Shown piece after piece: positions 25,272 to 33,467 of a stretch of DNA of 48,453 nucleotides (positions are counted from its first letter, which is position 1; each line of letters begins with the position of its first letter). Origin of the DNA: an uncultured Candidatus Saccharibacteria bacterium (GTDB taxonomy: Bacteria; Patescibacteriota; Minisyncoccia; UBA6257; 2-01-FULL-56-20). The translations under genes and the position numbers were made by a program. Location of the stretch: the NCBI GenBank assembly GCA_964646415.1, contig CAZYEL010000005.1:18601-67053 (forward strand), written 5' to 3'. The notes under the pieces were generated by a model. It saw only the letters and a list, made by a program, of their open reading frames with translations, did no database searches and had not been told where the DNA came from.

Positions 25272-27029
25272 ATGACGGAAGTGAGAACGTGCCAAAACTG
25301 CAAACAGGAATTTACGATAGCTCCCGAGGACTTTGATTTTTATAAAAAAGTAAAGGTTCCGCCCCCGACGTTTTGTTGGAAGTGTAGATTTCAGAGGAGA
25401 TTGACCTATAGGAACGAGCGGAATCCGTTTTGGGCGACGAGCGGTAAATCCGGGAAGCGGATACTCTCGATTTTTCCTCCCGAGGCGGGCGTTACGGTCT
25501 ATGATGAAAAGGAGTGGCGGTCGGATGATTGGGACGGGATGGACTACGGCAGGGATTATGATTTCTCGAGGCCGTTTTTCGAGCAAATACATGAATTAGC
25601 AAAAACGGTGCCGCGTTTCGGGCCGCACACGGAGGACAACGTGAATTGCGAGTACCTCGTCAATACCGGCTGGAGCAAAAACTGTTATCTCGTGTGCAAC
25701 ACTTCGTATGCGGAGGATTGCGCGTATGGTAACGCCATGGACTATTGCAAGTCCTCGTTCGATTGTTCGCATGTGACGAAATGCGAACGGTGTTATGGAT
25801 GTTTTTGGACCAGAGAGTCATATCAAACTCATTTTTCCACGCGCTCGATAAGCAATGCCTCAAGTTGGTGTCTCTTTGGTTGCAAAGGCATGACTGACTG
25901 TTTCGGGTGCGTGAATATGATGAACAAGAGCCACTATATCTTTAACCAGCCTTACTCCAGGGAAGAATACGAAGCGAAGATCGGGGCAATGAAGCTTAAT
26001 ACCTGGTCGGGACTCCAAAAAGCAAAGGCGGAGGCGTTTGCCTTCGCGGCAAAGTTTCCCGTGGCATATCTGAACGGAGTTCTGAATGACAACGTGACCG
26101 GGGAATATGTCAGTGAATCAAAGAATGTGCAGTATGGGTATCTGGTGAACGGCGGGAGAGATTTAAAATACGTGCAATACCTCCAAATTCCTGGCGCGGA
26201 GGATTCGCAGGACCTCACCATTTGGGGAGAAAAACACATATTGGGATATGAAAACGCGACCTCCGGCCTTGGAGTCTCAAATTGCCAGTTTTTGGAAGGA
26301 TGCTGGGCGGAGGTTTTTGATTCTCAATATTGTATTGCATGCCGCAACATTTCAAACTGTTTCGGGTGCGTGGGGTTGAAGAAAAAACAATGCTGTATTT
26401 TCAATAAGCAATATTCGAAAGGCGAGTATGAGAAGCTGAAAGCAAAAATAATCGCGCACATGAACGCGATGCCGTTCGTGGATAAAGCGGGAAGAGTATA
26501 TAAATATGGAGAATTTTTCCCTGCGGAGCATGCCCTTTGCGGGTACAACATCTCTCTGGCGAATGAACACTTTCCCTTGACCAAAGAGGAGGCATTGGCA
26601 CAGGGGTATCTGTGGACAGATATGAAATACGGGGATCACAAAGTGACGGTCATGCCGGACAAAATCCCCGATGCCATTGAAGATGTGCCCGACACGTTCA
26701 CGAAGGAAATTTTGGAATGCATGCAATGCAAAAAGGCATTCCGGGTAGTTCCCATGGAACTCGAATTCCTCAAAGCCGTAAAAATTCCGGTTCCGCGCAC
26801 GTGTGGCGACTGCCGACACAGTGAAAGGATTTCCCGGCGAGCGAAGGCGTTTCTCTACCATCAAACATGTGAATGTGCGGGGGCAAAATCCTCAAACGGG
26901 GTCTACGCGAATTTCACGAAGCATATTCATGGTGATGTGCCTTGTCCGGAAGAGTTTGAAACAAGCCATGATAAAAGTCGCCCTGAAATTGTTTATTGCC
27001 TCAAGTGTTTTTGGGCGGAAGTGGGGTAA
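25272..27029 (+). CDS. Cys-rich multi-zinc-ribbon protein, paralog 6 (most divergent)
   Basis: Same architecture, but the second CxxC/CxxC site is replaced (SGKS...YDEKE). Confidence 0.9.
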   Translation: MTEVRTCQNCKQEFTIAPEDFDFYKKVKVPPPTFCWKCRFQRRLTYRNERNPFWATSGKSGKRILSIFPPEAGVTVYDEKEWRSDDWDGMDYGRDYDFSRPFFEQIHELAKTVPRFGPHTEDNVNCEYLVNTGWSKNCYLVCNTSYAEDCAYGNAMDYCKSSFDCSHVTKCERCYGCFWTRESYQTHFSTRSISNASSWCLFGCKGMTDCFGCVNMMNKSHYIFNQPYSREEYEAKIGAMKLNTWSGLQKAKAEAFAFAAKFPVAYLNGVLNDNVTGEYVSESKNVQYGYLVNGGRDLKYVQYLQIPGAEDSQDLTIWGEKHILGYENATSGLGVSNCQFLEGCWAEVFDSQYCIACRNISNCFGCVGLKKKQCCIFNKQYSKGEYEKLKAKIIAHMNAMPFVDKAGRVYKYGEFFPAEHALCGYNISLANEHFPLTKEEALAQGYLWTDMKYGDHKVTVMPDKIPDAIEDVPDTFTKEILECMQCKKAFRVVPMELEFLKAVKIPVPRTCGDCRHSERISRRAKAFLYHQTCECAGAKSSNGVYANFTKHIHGDVPCPEEFETSHDKSRPEIVYCLKCFWAEVG

Positions 27030-27040
27030 AATAAGAAAGT

Positions 27041-28810
27041 ATGAACTTGGAAACTCGAACTTGCCAAAACTGCAAACAATCTTTCACAATCGAGCCAGAG
27101 GATTCCCAATTCTACGAGCGCGTGAACGTCCCGCCGCCGACATTTTGCCCTGATTGCCGACTCCAACGGCGGATGACGTTTCGGAACGAGCGCTCGCTCT
27201 ACAAGCGCACATGCGACCTTTGTAAAAAGCCGTTTGTCTCGATGTATTCACCTGACAAGCCCTTCACGGTGTATTGCAAAGAGTGCTGGTATTCCGATAA
27301 CTGGGACCCGCTTCAGTACGGGCAGGAATACGACTGGAAGAAACCTTTTTTCACGCAATTCCGGGAGTTGATGCATAAAGTGCCGCGCATTGGGATTATG
27401 CATATTCATACGAATATGAATGCCGACTTTGCAAATTATGTTGCAGACAGTAAAAACGTCTATCTCTCGCAATCGGTGATCGCGAAATCCGAAAACGTGT
27501 ATTATTCCCGAAATATTGATACGGGAAAAGATGTATTCGATTGCATGTATGTAAAAGAATCAGAGCGTTGTTATGAAGATTTGGATTGTTTGCACATGTA
27601 CCAAACGCAGTGGTGCGTTCGTTCGCGAGAGTGTCTTGGCTCCGCTTTTCTCTTTGATTGCGTAAGTTGTCAGGATTGTTTTATGAGCGCCAATCTTCGC
27701 AATAAGCGCTATGTGGTGCGCAATCAACAGCTTACGAAGGAAGAATATTCCGTGTTTATAGGGAAGTATAAAAAAGAGGGGTATGAAAGCAGTAAGAAAT
27801 ATCGCGGCGAGTTCCGGGAACTGATGCAACGTGCATTGCATAAATATGGAAATTTGCTCAAGTGCGTGGACTCAACTGGAGATAACCTGGACAATGTCAA
27901 AACAGTGAGAAATTCTTTCGATCTTTATGACGGAGAAAATCTTCGCTTTTGCCTTCGTAATGTAAAAAGCAAGGATTCGTATGATGTGGCTTTTGCAGTG
28001 AGTACTGAGTTGGCGTACGAAGGTATGGCGGCGGGATTTGGAAACTCCAGAGCTTTTTCCGTGGCTCATTGTGATGCGAACGAGAGAGTCTCATATTGTG
28101 ATTGGTGTCAGAGCTCCGCCGACCTTTTTGGATGCGCGGGTCTTCGTAAGAAACAGCATTTTATTTTGAACAAGCAGTATTCGAAAGAGGAATATGAAAA
28201 ATTGAAGGCGCGGATAATTGAGCATATGAACACGCTGCCATATGTCGATAAGACGGGAGGGGTGTATGCGTACGGCGAATTTTTCCCAGCCGAGCTTTCT
28301 CCGTTTGCTTATAATGAAACGCTTGCCGGAGAGTATTTTCCTTTATCGAAAGGTGAAACAGTGGCGCGGGGATATGTATGGCGCGAGTTGGATCCTTCGC
28401 CGCACAAACCCACCATTGTTGCAGGGGAACTTCCGGATGCAATTGCCGATGTTTCAGACGAAATACTCAAGGAAATTATCGAATGTACGGTGTGCAAACG
28501 CGTGTATCGAATACTCGCGCCCGAACTTGCGTTCTTGCGCCGCGAGGGGATTGTTTTGCCGCGCGAGTGCCAGGAATGTCGGCATAAAGACCGATTCGAT
28601 TTGCGGAATCCCTTAAAGCTTTGGCATCGGCGTTGTTGTTGCAGTGGCTTGAAAGGTAAAAATGAAAATGAAAGTGAGAATGAGTATAAGAATACTGCGA
28701 TGCATTTCCACGGGGCGGAGAAGTGTCTAAGTGAGTTCGAGACGAGCTACGCGCCCGAGCGGCCGGAGATGGTGTATTGTGAAAGTTGCTACCAATCAGA
28801 AGTTGTGTGA
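27041..28810 (+). CDS. Cys-rich multi-zinc-ribbon protein, paralog 7
   Basis: Same architecture; NENESENE hexamer expansion near the C-terminus. Confidence 0.9.
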   Translation: MNLETRTCQNCKQSFTIEPEDSQFYERVNVPPPTFCPDCRLQRRMTFRNERSLYKRTCDLCKKPFVSMYSPDKPFTVYCKECWYSDNWDPLQYGQEYDWKKPFFTQFRELMHKVPRIGIMHIHTNMNADFANYVADSKNVYLSQSVIAKSENVYYSRNIDTGKDVFDCMYVKESERCYEDLDCLHMYQTQWCVRSRECLGSAFLFDCVSCQDCFMSANLRNKRYVVRNQQLTKEEYSVFIGKYKKEGYESSKKYRGEFRELMQRALHKYGNLLKCVDSTGDNLDNVKTVRNSFDLYDGENLRFCLRNVKSKDSYDVAFAVSTELAYEGMAAGFGNSRAFSVAHCDANERVSYCDWCQSSADLFGCAGLRKKQHFILNKQYSKEEYEKLKARIIEHMNTLPYVDKTGGVYAYGEFFPAELSPFAYNETLAGEYFPLSKGETVARGYVWRELDPSPHKPTIVAGELPDAIADVSDEILKEIIECTVCKRVYRILAPELAFLRREGIVLPRECQECRHKDRFDLRNPLKLWHRRCCCSGLKGKNENESENEYKNTAMHFHGAEKCLSEFETSYAPERPEMVYCESCYQSEVV

Positions 28811-28840
28811 GAGTAACTTTCATCCCGAGTATGCCCGAGG

Positions 28841-28873
28841 GGCGAGCAGTGTTATCAGGCGGAAGTGGCATGA
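28841..28873 (+). pseudogene. Orphaned 3' end of a paralog-5-type gene (GEQCYQAEVA*)
   Basis: 28842-28871 is identical to 25217-25246 (30 bp); ends in TGA; no in-frame start. Confidence 0.8.
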
Positions 28874-28876
28874 GCC

Positions 28877-28911
28877 GACCCATAACTAATGACCAATAAC
28901 CTATAACGCAT
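28877..28911 (+). repeat. Heptamer array ending in the rnhA start codon
   Basis: gacccat aactaat gaccaat aacctat aacgcAT(G). Confidence 0.7.
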
Positions 28912-29548
28912 GATGGCAAAAAAGATACAAAATCTTTTCGGCGATAAGAAAAAAAAATCGACAAAGTATTACGCATGGAGCATTCCCGGCGGCGGGGAGG
29001 GTGTCGCCGAGGAGTGGGGTGAGGCGGAGAAGCGAGTTTCCGGGAAGCAGGGTGCGCGATTCAAGGGGTTTAAGACGAGAGAGGAAGCCGAGAAATGGCT
29101 TGCGCTCGGCGCGGACTATGGCGTAAAGCATGTGCAAAAGATCGAGCCGGGAATTTACTTTGACGCAGGCACGGGGCGGGGCGAAGGGGTTGAAATCAGC
29201 GTAACCAACGAGAAGGGGAAGAACCTTTTACATAAGGCGATCTCGAAGGTGGAGCTTACGCGGGGGAAGCATTTGCTTGGGAAGGAGGTTACAAACAATT
29301 ACGGCGAGCTTCTTGCATGCAAATACGCTATCGAGATTGCTATGGCTGAAAATATTAAAAAAGTATTCGGGGATAGCAAGCTCGTGATTGAATTTTGGAC
29401 CAGGTGGAGAATAAAAAAAGATGTGCCGGAAGAGACGTTCAAGTTAGCGCGAGAGGCGGCGGGATTACGAAAAGAATTTGAGGAGCAAGGAGGCGAGGTG
29501 ATTCGCATATCAGGCGATGATAATCCCGCGGATTTAGGGTTTCATTAA
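28910..29548 (+). CDS. rnhA: Ribonuclease HI with N-terminal hybrid-binding (caulimovirus viroplasmin-like) domain
   Basis: KYYAW...W.E....V.G..GARFKGF.TREEA domain; catalytic D (YFDAG), E (TNNYGE), D (GDSKLV) and ADLG. Confidence 0.85.
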   Translation: MMAKKIQNLFGDKKKKSTKYYAWSIPGGGEGVAEEWGEAEKRVSGKQGARFKGFKTREEAEKWLALGADYGVKHVQKIEPGIYFDAGTGRGEGVEISVTNEKGKNLLHKAISKVELTRGKHLLGKEVTNNYGELLACKYAIEIAMAENIKKVFGDSKLVIEFWTRWRIKKDVPEETFKLAREAAGLRKEFEEQGGEVIRISGDDNPADLGFH

Positions 29549-29572
29549 ATAAGGGGGTGATGGGTTCCAACG

Positions 29573-29600
29573 AAAAAGGACGGCCTTGCGGTCGTCCCTT
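29573..29600 (-). terminator. Terminator of rnpB
   Basis: Minus strand: GGACGACC-GCAA-GGCCGTCC then TTTTT. Confidence 0.7.
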
Positions 29601-29606
29601 TCCTTC

Positions 29607-29976
29607 GGCAGTTCGTAAGCCGGATTCTGTCTGCTCCGGTTTTCGCCGGAGGAGTGGTAATTTGTCTGGGCCTTTGATTGCTCGCAGGCTCTGGCGACTC
29701 AAACCAATGCTTGCGCATTGGAGTACGGTCTTGCATCCGGTAAGGATTTTGCCGTTTCACTTCCGCCTTGTTATCCCTATAGCGGAATTAAACCAATCTA
29801 GCTTGGGATGGGGTTTCCCCTCGGGTTTCCCCTCGGGACGTCACTGCTCGCACCTCTATGCTTTCGCACGGCGGTCGTTAGCCGCTACCTTTTTAACTGT
29901 TCGCCTTTCGGCGAACGTGTGAATGTCCGGACTTTCCTCTCCGACTGATAACATCGGAGCTACCACATGAACTGCC
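29607..29976 (-). ncRNA. rnpB: RNase P RNA
   Basis: Minus strand has GAGGAAAGTCCGGAC near the 5' end and ACAGAATCCGGCTTAC near the 3' end; P1 is GGCAGTTC/GAACTGCC. Confidence 0.95.
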
Positions 29977-29982
29977 AATTTA

Positions 29983-30011
29983 TTTCTACGCTAACTTTTG
30001 CTAAAAGTCAA
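29983..30011 (-). promoter_or_regulatory. Probable rnpB promoter
   Basis: TTGACT (30011-30006), 17 bp, TAGAAA (29988-29983), 6 nt before the P1 helix. Confidence 0.5.
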
Positions 30012-30012
30012 T

Positions 30013-30504
30013 TTATCGAAACTCCTCCGATGTGGATGCATTCTTTGGCTTCACGAGTTCATAGATACCCAACTTCCGGAAAATAAAAAGCATTCCTGCG
30101 CTCACCACCGTTGCTACCGCGGCGAACTCCGTGAGTCCCAACGCGGCAAGCATCCCTATTGCCGCCATTACCCACACTACCGCCGCAGTGGTGAGCCCGT
30201 GCACATGCTCGGTGGTTTTTATGATGATGCCGCCGCCGATGAAGCCGATGCCCACGACGATGTTTGCAATCACGCCGAATACGCCAGCATTGTTGGTGAT
30301 AATCTCTTGGGCGGTTTCGGAATTGGTTGCGAGGAGATACGGGAGCGCAAGGCCTGCGATGGTGAAGAGCGCCGCTCCTCCCGAAACGAGCATTCCCGTC
30401 CGCACCCCCGCTTCCTTGCCCGCTGACTCCCGCTCAATTCCCATGACCGCGCCCAATACGAGCGCAACCGCGAATCGTGCAAGCATTTGAGAAAAATCGA
30501 GCAT
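30013..30504 (-). CDS. MgtC/SapB family membrane protein
   Basis: ALVLGAVMGIERE...AGVRT, ANIVVGIGFIGGGII, VHGLTTAA. Confidence 0.9.
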   Translation of the reverse strand: MLDFSQMLARFAVALVLGAVMGIERESAGKEAGVRTGMLVSGGAALFTIAGLALPYLLATNSETAQEIITNNAGVFGVIANIVVGIGFIGGGIIIKTTEHVHGLTTAAVVWVMAAIGMLAALGLTEFAAVATVVSAGMLFIFRKLGIYELVKPKNASTSEEFR

Positions 30505-30527
30505 TCGAATATACTCTATTATAACAA

Positions 30528-31970
30528 ATGCGTACTTTTTCGGGAGAAATTGCACAGCACGAAGGCAAGGAAATAACGCTCCTTGGCTGGGTGCATGCGC
30601 GTCGCGACCATGGGAAACTGGTGTTTATTGACCTCCGCGACCGGAGCGGCATTTCGCAGGTGGTGTTTCCTGCCGGAGGCGGGTCCGCCTCTGGCGGAGG
30701 TCCGTCCTTGGCGAATGCGAACGATCTGCGGCTTGAATATGTGGTGAAAATCACGGGCGAAGTGAAGAAGCGTCCGCCCGCGATGGTGAACGAAAAGACC
30801 CCGACGGGGCAGTATGAGGTGAGCGCAAAGACGCTCGAAATTTTGAGCGTTTCGGAAGCTCTTCCTATTCCGGTGGATTCCGACGGGTATGATGTGGACG
30901 AGGAGATTCGGATGAAATACCGCTATCTCGATTTGCGGCGGGAACGTATGCGGCGGAATCTTCGCGTGCGGCACGAGGTGGCGCGTTTTATCCGTACCTA
31001 TCTGATTGAAAAAGGTTTCTGGGAAGTTGACACGCCGATTTTGACGAAGTCCACGCCGGAAGGCGCGCGCGACTTTTTGGTGCCGTCACGCCTCCAAAAG
31101 GGGAAGTTTTATGCCCTGCCGCAGTCTCCCCAGCAGTACAAGCAGATGCTTATGATTGCCGGCGTGGAGAAATATTTCCAGATTGCGCGATGTTTCCGCG
31201 ACGAAGACCCGCGCGCGGACCGGGCGTACGGCGAGTTTACGCAGCTTGACATGGAAATGTCTTTCGTGACGCAGGAGGACATTTTGCAGATTGCCGAGGA
31301 TTTGTTTACGAAGCTTTGCGCCGCGGTATTCCCGGAGAAAAAAATTATGCAGACGCCGTGGCCGCGCCTTACCCACAAAGAAGCCAAGGCAAAGTACGGC
31401 AACGACAAGCCTGACTTGCGGAAGGATAAAAATAACCCCGATGAACTCGCGTTCTGCTGGGTGATTGATTTCCCGCTCTTTACGGAGCAGACCAAGGAGG
31501 ACTTTTTCCACGGCTCCGGCGCGGCGAAGTTTGCGCCGTCACACCATATGTTTACGGCGCCGCACCCCGATGATGTGCCGTTTTTGGATACTGATCCCAT
31601 GAAGGTGCGGGGTTTACAGCATGACATGGTCCTGAACGGCTTTGAGGTGGGCGGCGGGAGCGTTCGTATCCACCAGGCGAAGATTCAGGAGAAAATATTT
31701 GACCTCATCGGCTTCAGTAAAGAGCAGAAGGAGCAGTTCGCCTATTTCCTCGACGCCTTTGCGTACGGCGCGCCGCCGCATGGGGGCATCGCGCCGGGGT
31801 TCGACCGATTCATTTACGCGACGCTCGGGGAGAAGAGCGTCCGCGAAGTGATACCCTTTCCCGCGAGCGCGGGCGGGGCTACTTCGGTCATGACCGCACC
31901 CTCGGAGGTTGAAAAGAAACAGTTGGATGAGCTTGGAATCGAGGTGAAAAAGCCAACGAGCAAAAAGTAG
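30528..31970 (+). CDS. aspS: Aspartyl-tRNA synthetase, short form without GAD domain
   Basis: RRDHG..FIDLRD, RMKYRYLDLRR, YALPQSPQ, ARCFRDED.RADR, EFTQLDMEM, GAPPHGGIAPG. Confidence 0.95.
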   Translation: MRTFSGEIAQHEGKEITLLGWVHARRDHGKLVFIDLRDRSGISQVVFPAGGGSASGGGPSLANANDLRLEYVVKITGEVKKRPPAMVNEKTPTGQYEVSAKTLEILSVSEALPIPVDSDGYDVDEEIRMKYRYLDLRRERMRRNLRVRHEVARFIRTYLIEKGFWEVDTPILTKSTPEGARDFLVPSRLQKGKFYALPQSPQQYKQMLMIAGVEKYFQIARCFRDEDPRADRAYGEFTQLDMEMSFVTQEDILQIAEDLFTKLCAAVFPEKKIMQTPWPRLTHKEAKAKYGNDKPDLRKDKNNPDELAFCWVIDFPLFTEQTKEDFFHGSGAAKFAPSHHMFTAPHPDDVPFLDTDPMKVRGLQHDMVLNGFEVGGGSVRIHQAKIQEKIFDLIGFSKEQKEQFAYFLDAFAYGAPPHGGIAPGFDRFIYATLGEKSVREVIPFPASAGGATSVMTAPSEVEKKQLDELGIEVKKPTSKK

Positions 31971-31971
31971 C

Positions 31972-33045
31972 ATGAAGAATATTCACTTTCCGTTGTTCAA
32001 AACGAAAATCGAAAAGCTTCGGCATCGGTTCGATTTGAGCGACCCGAAGGAGCGGAAAAAGTATTTCCACGCAAAGGCGGGGAAAGAAATTGTAAAGCTG
32101 CGGAAGTACCTCAAGAAGAACACGTTTGTGGGGTATCTCCTCGGCAAAAAGAATTCGGGGAAGGGGACGTATTCGAAGCTTTTTATGGAGGCAATCGGCG
32201 AGGAGCATGTCCAGCATATTTCCGTGGGGGACGTGGTGCGGGATATGTTTGCGGCGCTTTCGTCGAAGAAGCGGAAAAAAGAGCTTGTGGATTTCCTCGA
32301 TCGCAATTACCGCGGGTTCCATTCCATTGAGGAGACGGTGAAGCTCATTGCGAACAAAAATCAGTCGACGCTTATTCCCTCGGAGCTAATCCTCGCGCTT
32401 ATCAAATTCGAAATCAGCAAGCGCCCGAAGAAAGCGCTTTTTATCGACGGATTCCCGCGCGCGCTCGACCAGATTACGCACTCGCTCTTTTTGAAAGAGA
32501 TTATCGGTTACCGCGAGGACCCGGACTTTTTCATTTTCATTGAAGTGCCGGAGGCGGTTATTGATGAGCGTATGAAGTCGCGCGTGGTGTGTCCCATTTG
32601 CAAGACGCCGCGCGGACTGAAGCTTCTCACGACGAAGCGCGTGGGGTACGACGAAGACATGAAGCAGTTTTACCTTATCTGCGACACGCCGTCTTGTGCG
32701 GGCGAGCGGATGGTGGCGAAAGAGGGGGACGAGCTCGGTATCGAACCCATCCGGCAGCGACTCGAACTCGACGACCAGATTTTTCGCCGGCTCATGGCAC
32801 TCCGCGGGATTCCCAGGATTTCTCTGCGCAATTCGATTCCGGTAACGCAGGCAAAAAAGTATGTGGATGACTACGAAATCACGCCTGCCTACGATTACCG
32901 GCGCGACCAGCACACCGGCAAGGTGATTACGAGCCAGAAGCCCTGGACGGTCAAGGACGATGACGGGGTGCGTTCTTACAGCTTGCTCCCGGCGGCAATC
33001 GTGGTTGCGCTTATCAAGCAGATTGTGGAGGTGCTGGGGTTGTAG
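31972..33045 (+). CDS. Adenylate-kinase-like nucleoside monophosphate kinase
   Basis: P-loop GKKNSGKGT, HISVGDVVR, IDGFPRALDQ, LID-like RVVCPIC...CDTPSC. Confidence 0.75.
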   Translation: MKNIHFPLFKTKIEKLRHRFDLSDPKERKKYFHAKAGKEIVKLRKYLKKNTFVGYLLGKKNSGKGTYSKLFMEAIGEEHVQHISVGDVVRDMFAALSSKKRKKELVDFLDRNYRGFHSIEETVKLIANKNQSTLIPSELILALIKFEISKRPKKALFIDGFPRALDQITHSLFLKEIIGYREDPDFFIFIEVPEAVIDERMKSRVVCPICKTPRGLKLLTTKRVGYDEDMKQFYLICDTPSCAGERMVAKEGDELGIEPIRQRLELDDQIFRRLMALRGIPRISLRNSIPVTQAKKYVDDYEITPAYDYRRDQHTGKVITSQKPWTVKDDDGVRSYSLLPAAIVVALIKQIVEVLGL

Positions 33046-33080
33046 AGGCGTAGTGGCGCAATAGAAGGGAGAATCTCCCT

Positions 33081-33308
33081 CTACTCTTCGAGATACCCTC
33101 CCGTTTGGTTTTTGTTCGGATATGTGCGGATTGATTCCTCAATCGTATCCATCGCATCCTCAAGCTTCCGGGCGACATTTTCGATGACGCGTCCGCGGTC
33201 AAGCGATCCCGTTTGGAAGTTGCCGAGAAGATTCCATGCCTCGTGGCCGATTTCAAATGAAATTGTGCTAAGGTACTTCGGCATTTCTTCGGGTGAAATG
33301 ATTGCCAT
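33081..33308 (-). CDS. Hypothetical 75-aa protein under a fluoride riboswitch
   Basis: Most plausible ORF between the riboswitch and the convergent kinase; no motif recognised. Confidence 0.55.
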   Translation of the reverse strand: MAIISPEEMPKYLSTISFEIGHEAWNLLGNFQTGSLDRGRVIENVARKLEDAMDTIEESIRTYPNKNQTGGYLEE

Positions 33309-33330
33309 AGGAATAGGTTAAAGGTTTTAG

Positions 33331-33350
33331 CCTGCCTGCCGGTAGGCAGG
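33331..33350. repeat. 20-bp REP-like palindrome CCTGCCTGCCGGTAGGCAGG
   Basis: Reverse complement of 13773-13792; flanked on the minus strand by ctacaac ccacaac ... ctaaaac ctttaac heptamers. Confidence 0.9.
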
Positions 33351-33390
33351 GTTGTGGGTTGTAGATGCAAACACAAACCGACCTTTCAAT

Positions 33391-33420
33391 AAAAATCCTC
33401 TACCCTAAAAGTGGTAGAGG
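33391..33420 (-). terminator. Terminator overlapping the fluoride aptamer 3' strand
   Basis: CCTCTACC-ACTTTTAG-GGTAGAGG then ATTTTTATT. Confidence 0.8.
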
Positions 33421-33467
33421 TCATCAGTCCCGCATGAGCCGGGACGGTTATTGCGAACCTCATCGCC
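33414..33467 (-). promoter_or_regulatory. Fluoride (crcB) riboswitch aptamer
   Basis: Minus strand: GGCGATGAGGTTCGC-AATAACC-GTCCCG-GCTCATG-CGGGAC-TGATGACCTCTAC. P1 GCGA/TCGC, pseudoknot GAGGT/ACCTC, conserved GATG and CTGATG. Confidence 0.9.

Noticed and set aside
28819-28842. A further REP family (TCATCCCGAGTATGCCCGAGGG) before the orphan tail
   Set aside because: Single imperfect occurrence in the window; cannot be supported without a genome search.
8459-28873. Diversity-generating retroelement targeting the paralog C-termini
   Set aside because: No reverse transcriptase in the window. The duplicated 30-mer is identical rather than differing at adenines, and tail differences between paralogs include many non-adenine synonymous changes.
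33014-33376. Alternative 120-aa ORF downstream of the fluoride riboswitch
   Set aside because: It runs through the REP/heptamer block and overlaps the convergent kinase; the 75-aa ORF fits the space better, though neither is proven.
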